Of a stretch of DNA of 8,987 bases, positions 8,562 through 8,987 are shown one piece after another. Within the stretch, counting starts at the first letter, position 1; the number at the start of each line of letters is the position of its first letter. Origin of the DNA: Geosiphon pyriformis uo1. Taxonomy: Eukaryota; Fungi; Glomeromycota. Location: the NCBI GenBank assembly GCA_016748015.1, contig JAAOMT010000631.1:36017-45003 (forward strand), in the 5' to 3' direction. Position numbers and translations under genes: made by a program. The notes under the pieces are model-generated. The model did not search any database. It had not been told where the DNA came from and worked only from the letters and a program-made list of their open reading frames with translations.

Positions 8562-8987
8562 AACAATATATCAACTGGAATTTTTTTTATTACTACAGCC
8601 CAATTTAATCATCCAGTAGATTTTTTAAAATTAATGTTTACTAAGATCTTTGTACTTTTAGTCTTTTCAGAAGTCTGTACCAAGCTTGATTTGGATGTAA
8701 ATATTATTTTGATAATTTCAACAAACTTTGAAAGAGTTAAAACACTCCCAAAATTATTGATTTTTGAAAACAGCTTTCTAACTATTATAAGCTTTTCTTA
8801 AGAAGACTTTCTAATTATTTTATTAAAGCCAATATTCAGAGTGAATGATTTTTTAACAGAAACACTTACTAGATTCTTTAAAGAAAAAGAAAGAGCTAGT
8901 AAAGCATTTAATAATACATTATTATTATTATTATTCAAGAAATTGATTTTTCCTAATGACTTTTCTAAAGCTTTCTTGGTCTTTACT
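8562..8987 (-). mobile_element. Eroded LINE ORF1 fragment, copy B (inverted, runs off the window)
   Basis: It is the reverse complement of 6117-6485 and continues further into ORF1 than copy A does: ...VNINFKKSTG*LNWAVVIKKIPVDI (recalled consensus SDRAVV.KEIPVG). Confidence 0.7.

Larger units (their letters stand above)
6117..8987. repeat. Long inverted repeat with arms 6117-6485 and 8619-8987 and a 2133-bp spacer
   Basis: Manual alignment shows 369 bp with no indels and 6 mismatches (left-arm positions 6327, 6446, 6463, 6470, 6471, 6475), all transitions. Confidence 0.97.

Noticed and set aside
6117-8987. Inverted arms as TIRs of one DNA transposon carrying the 2.1-kb spacer
   Set aside because: The arms are internal ORF1 coding sequence that continues beyond the arm limits. 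No transposase or TSD is visible, and the outer end lies outside the window.
1-8987. Prokaryotic system (CRISPR, operon, phage)
   Set aside because: There are no regularly spaced repeats or dense ORFs. Spliceosomal introns and eukaryotic TEs explain the window.

Overview
This is very AT-rich eukaryotic DNA with spliceosomal introns, most consistent with a Glomeromycota fungus. The retroelement peptides resemble families I recall from Geosiphon pyriformis, but no search was run. A GC-richer island (about 1560-4300) holds one 9-exon gene on the + strand (1632-4227, 574 codons when spliced) that the ORF track shows only as fragments. It resembles the restriction-endonuclease-fold (PD-(D/E)XK, Crinkler-REase-like) proteins expanded in early-diverging fungi. 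It has been inactivated only by transitions: 7 premature stops and one GT>AT donor, with no frameshift. The flanks are a mosaic of C>T/G>A-eroded transposon relics: a Tc1/mariner left end with its HTH, two or three LINE ORF1 5' fragments, a Ty3/Gypsy RT with an internal deletion, and a Gypsy 3' end (integrase tail, an extra unknown ORF, PPT, probable LTR start). A 369-bp near-perfect inverted duplication (6117-6485 / 8619-8987) runs off the window edge. I found no intact protein-coding gene, RNA gene or CRISPR array.
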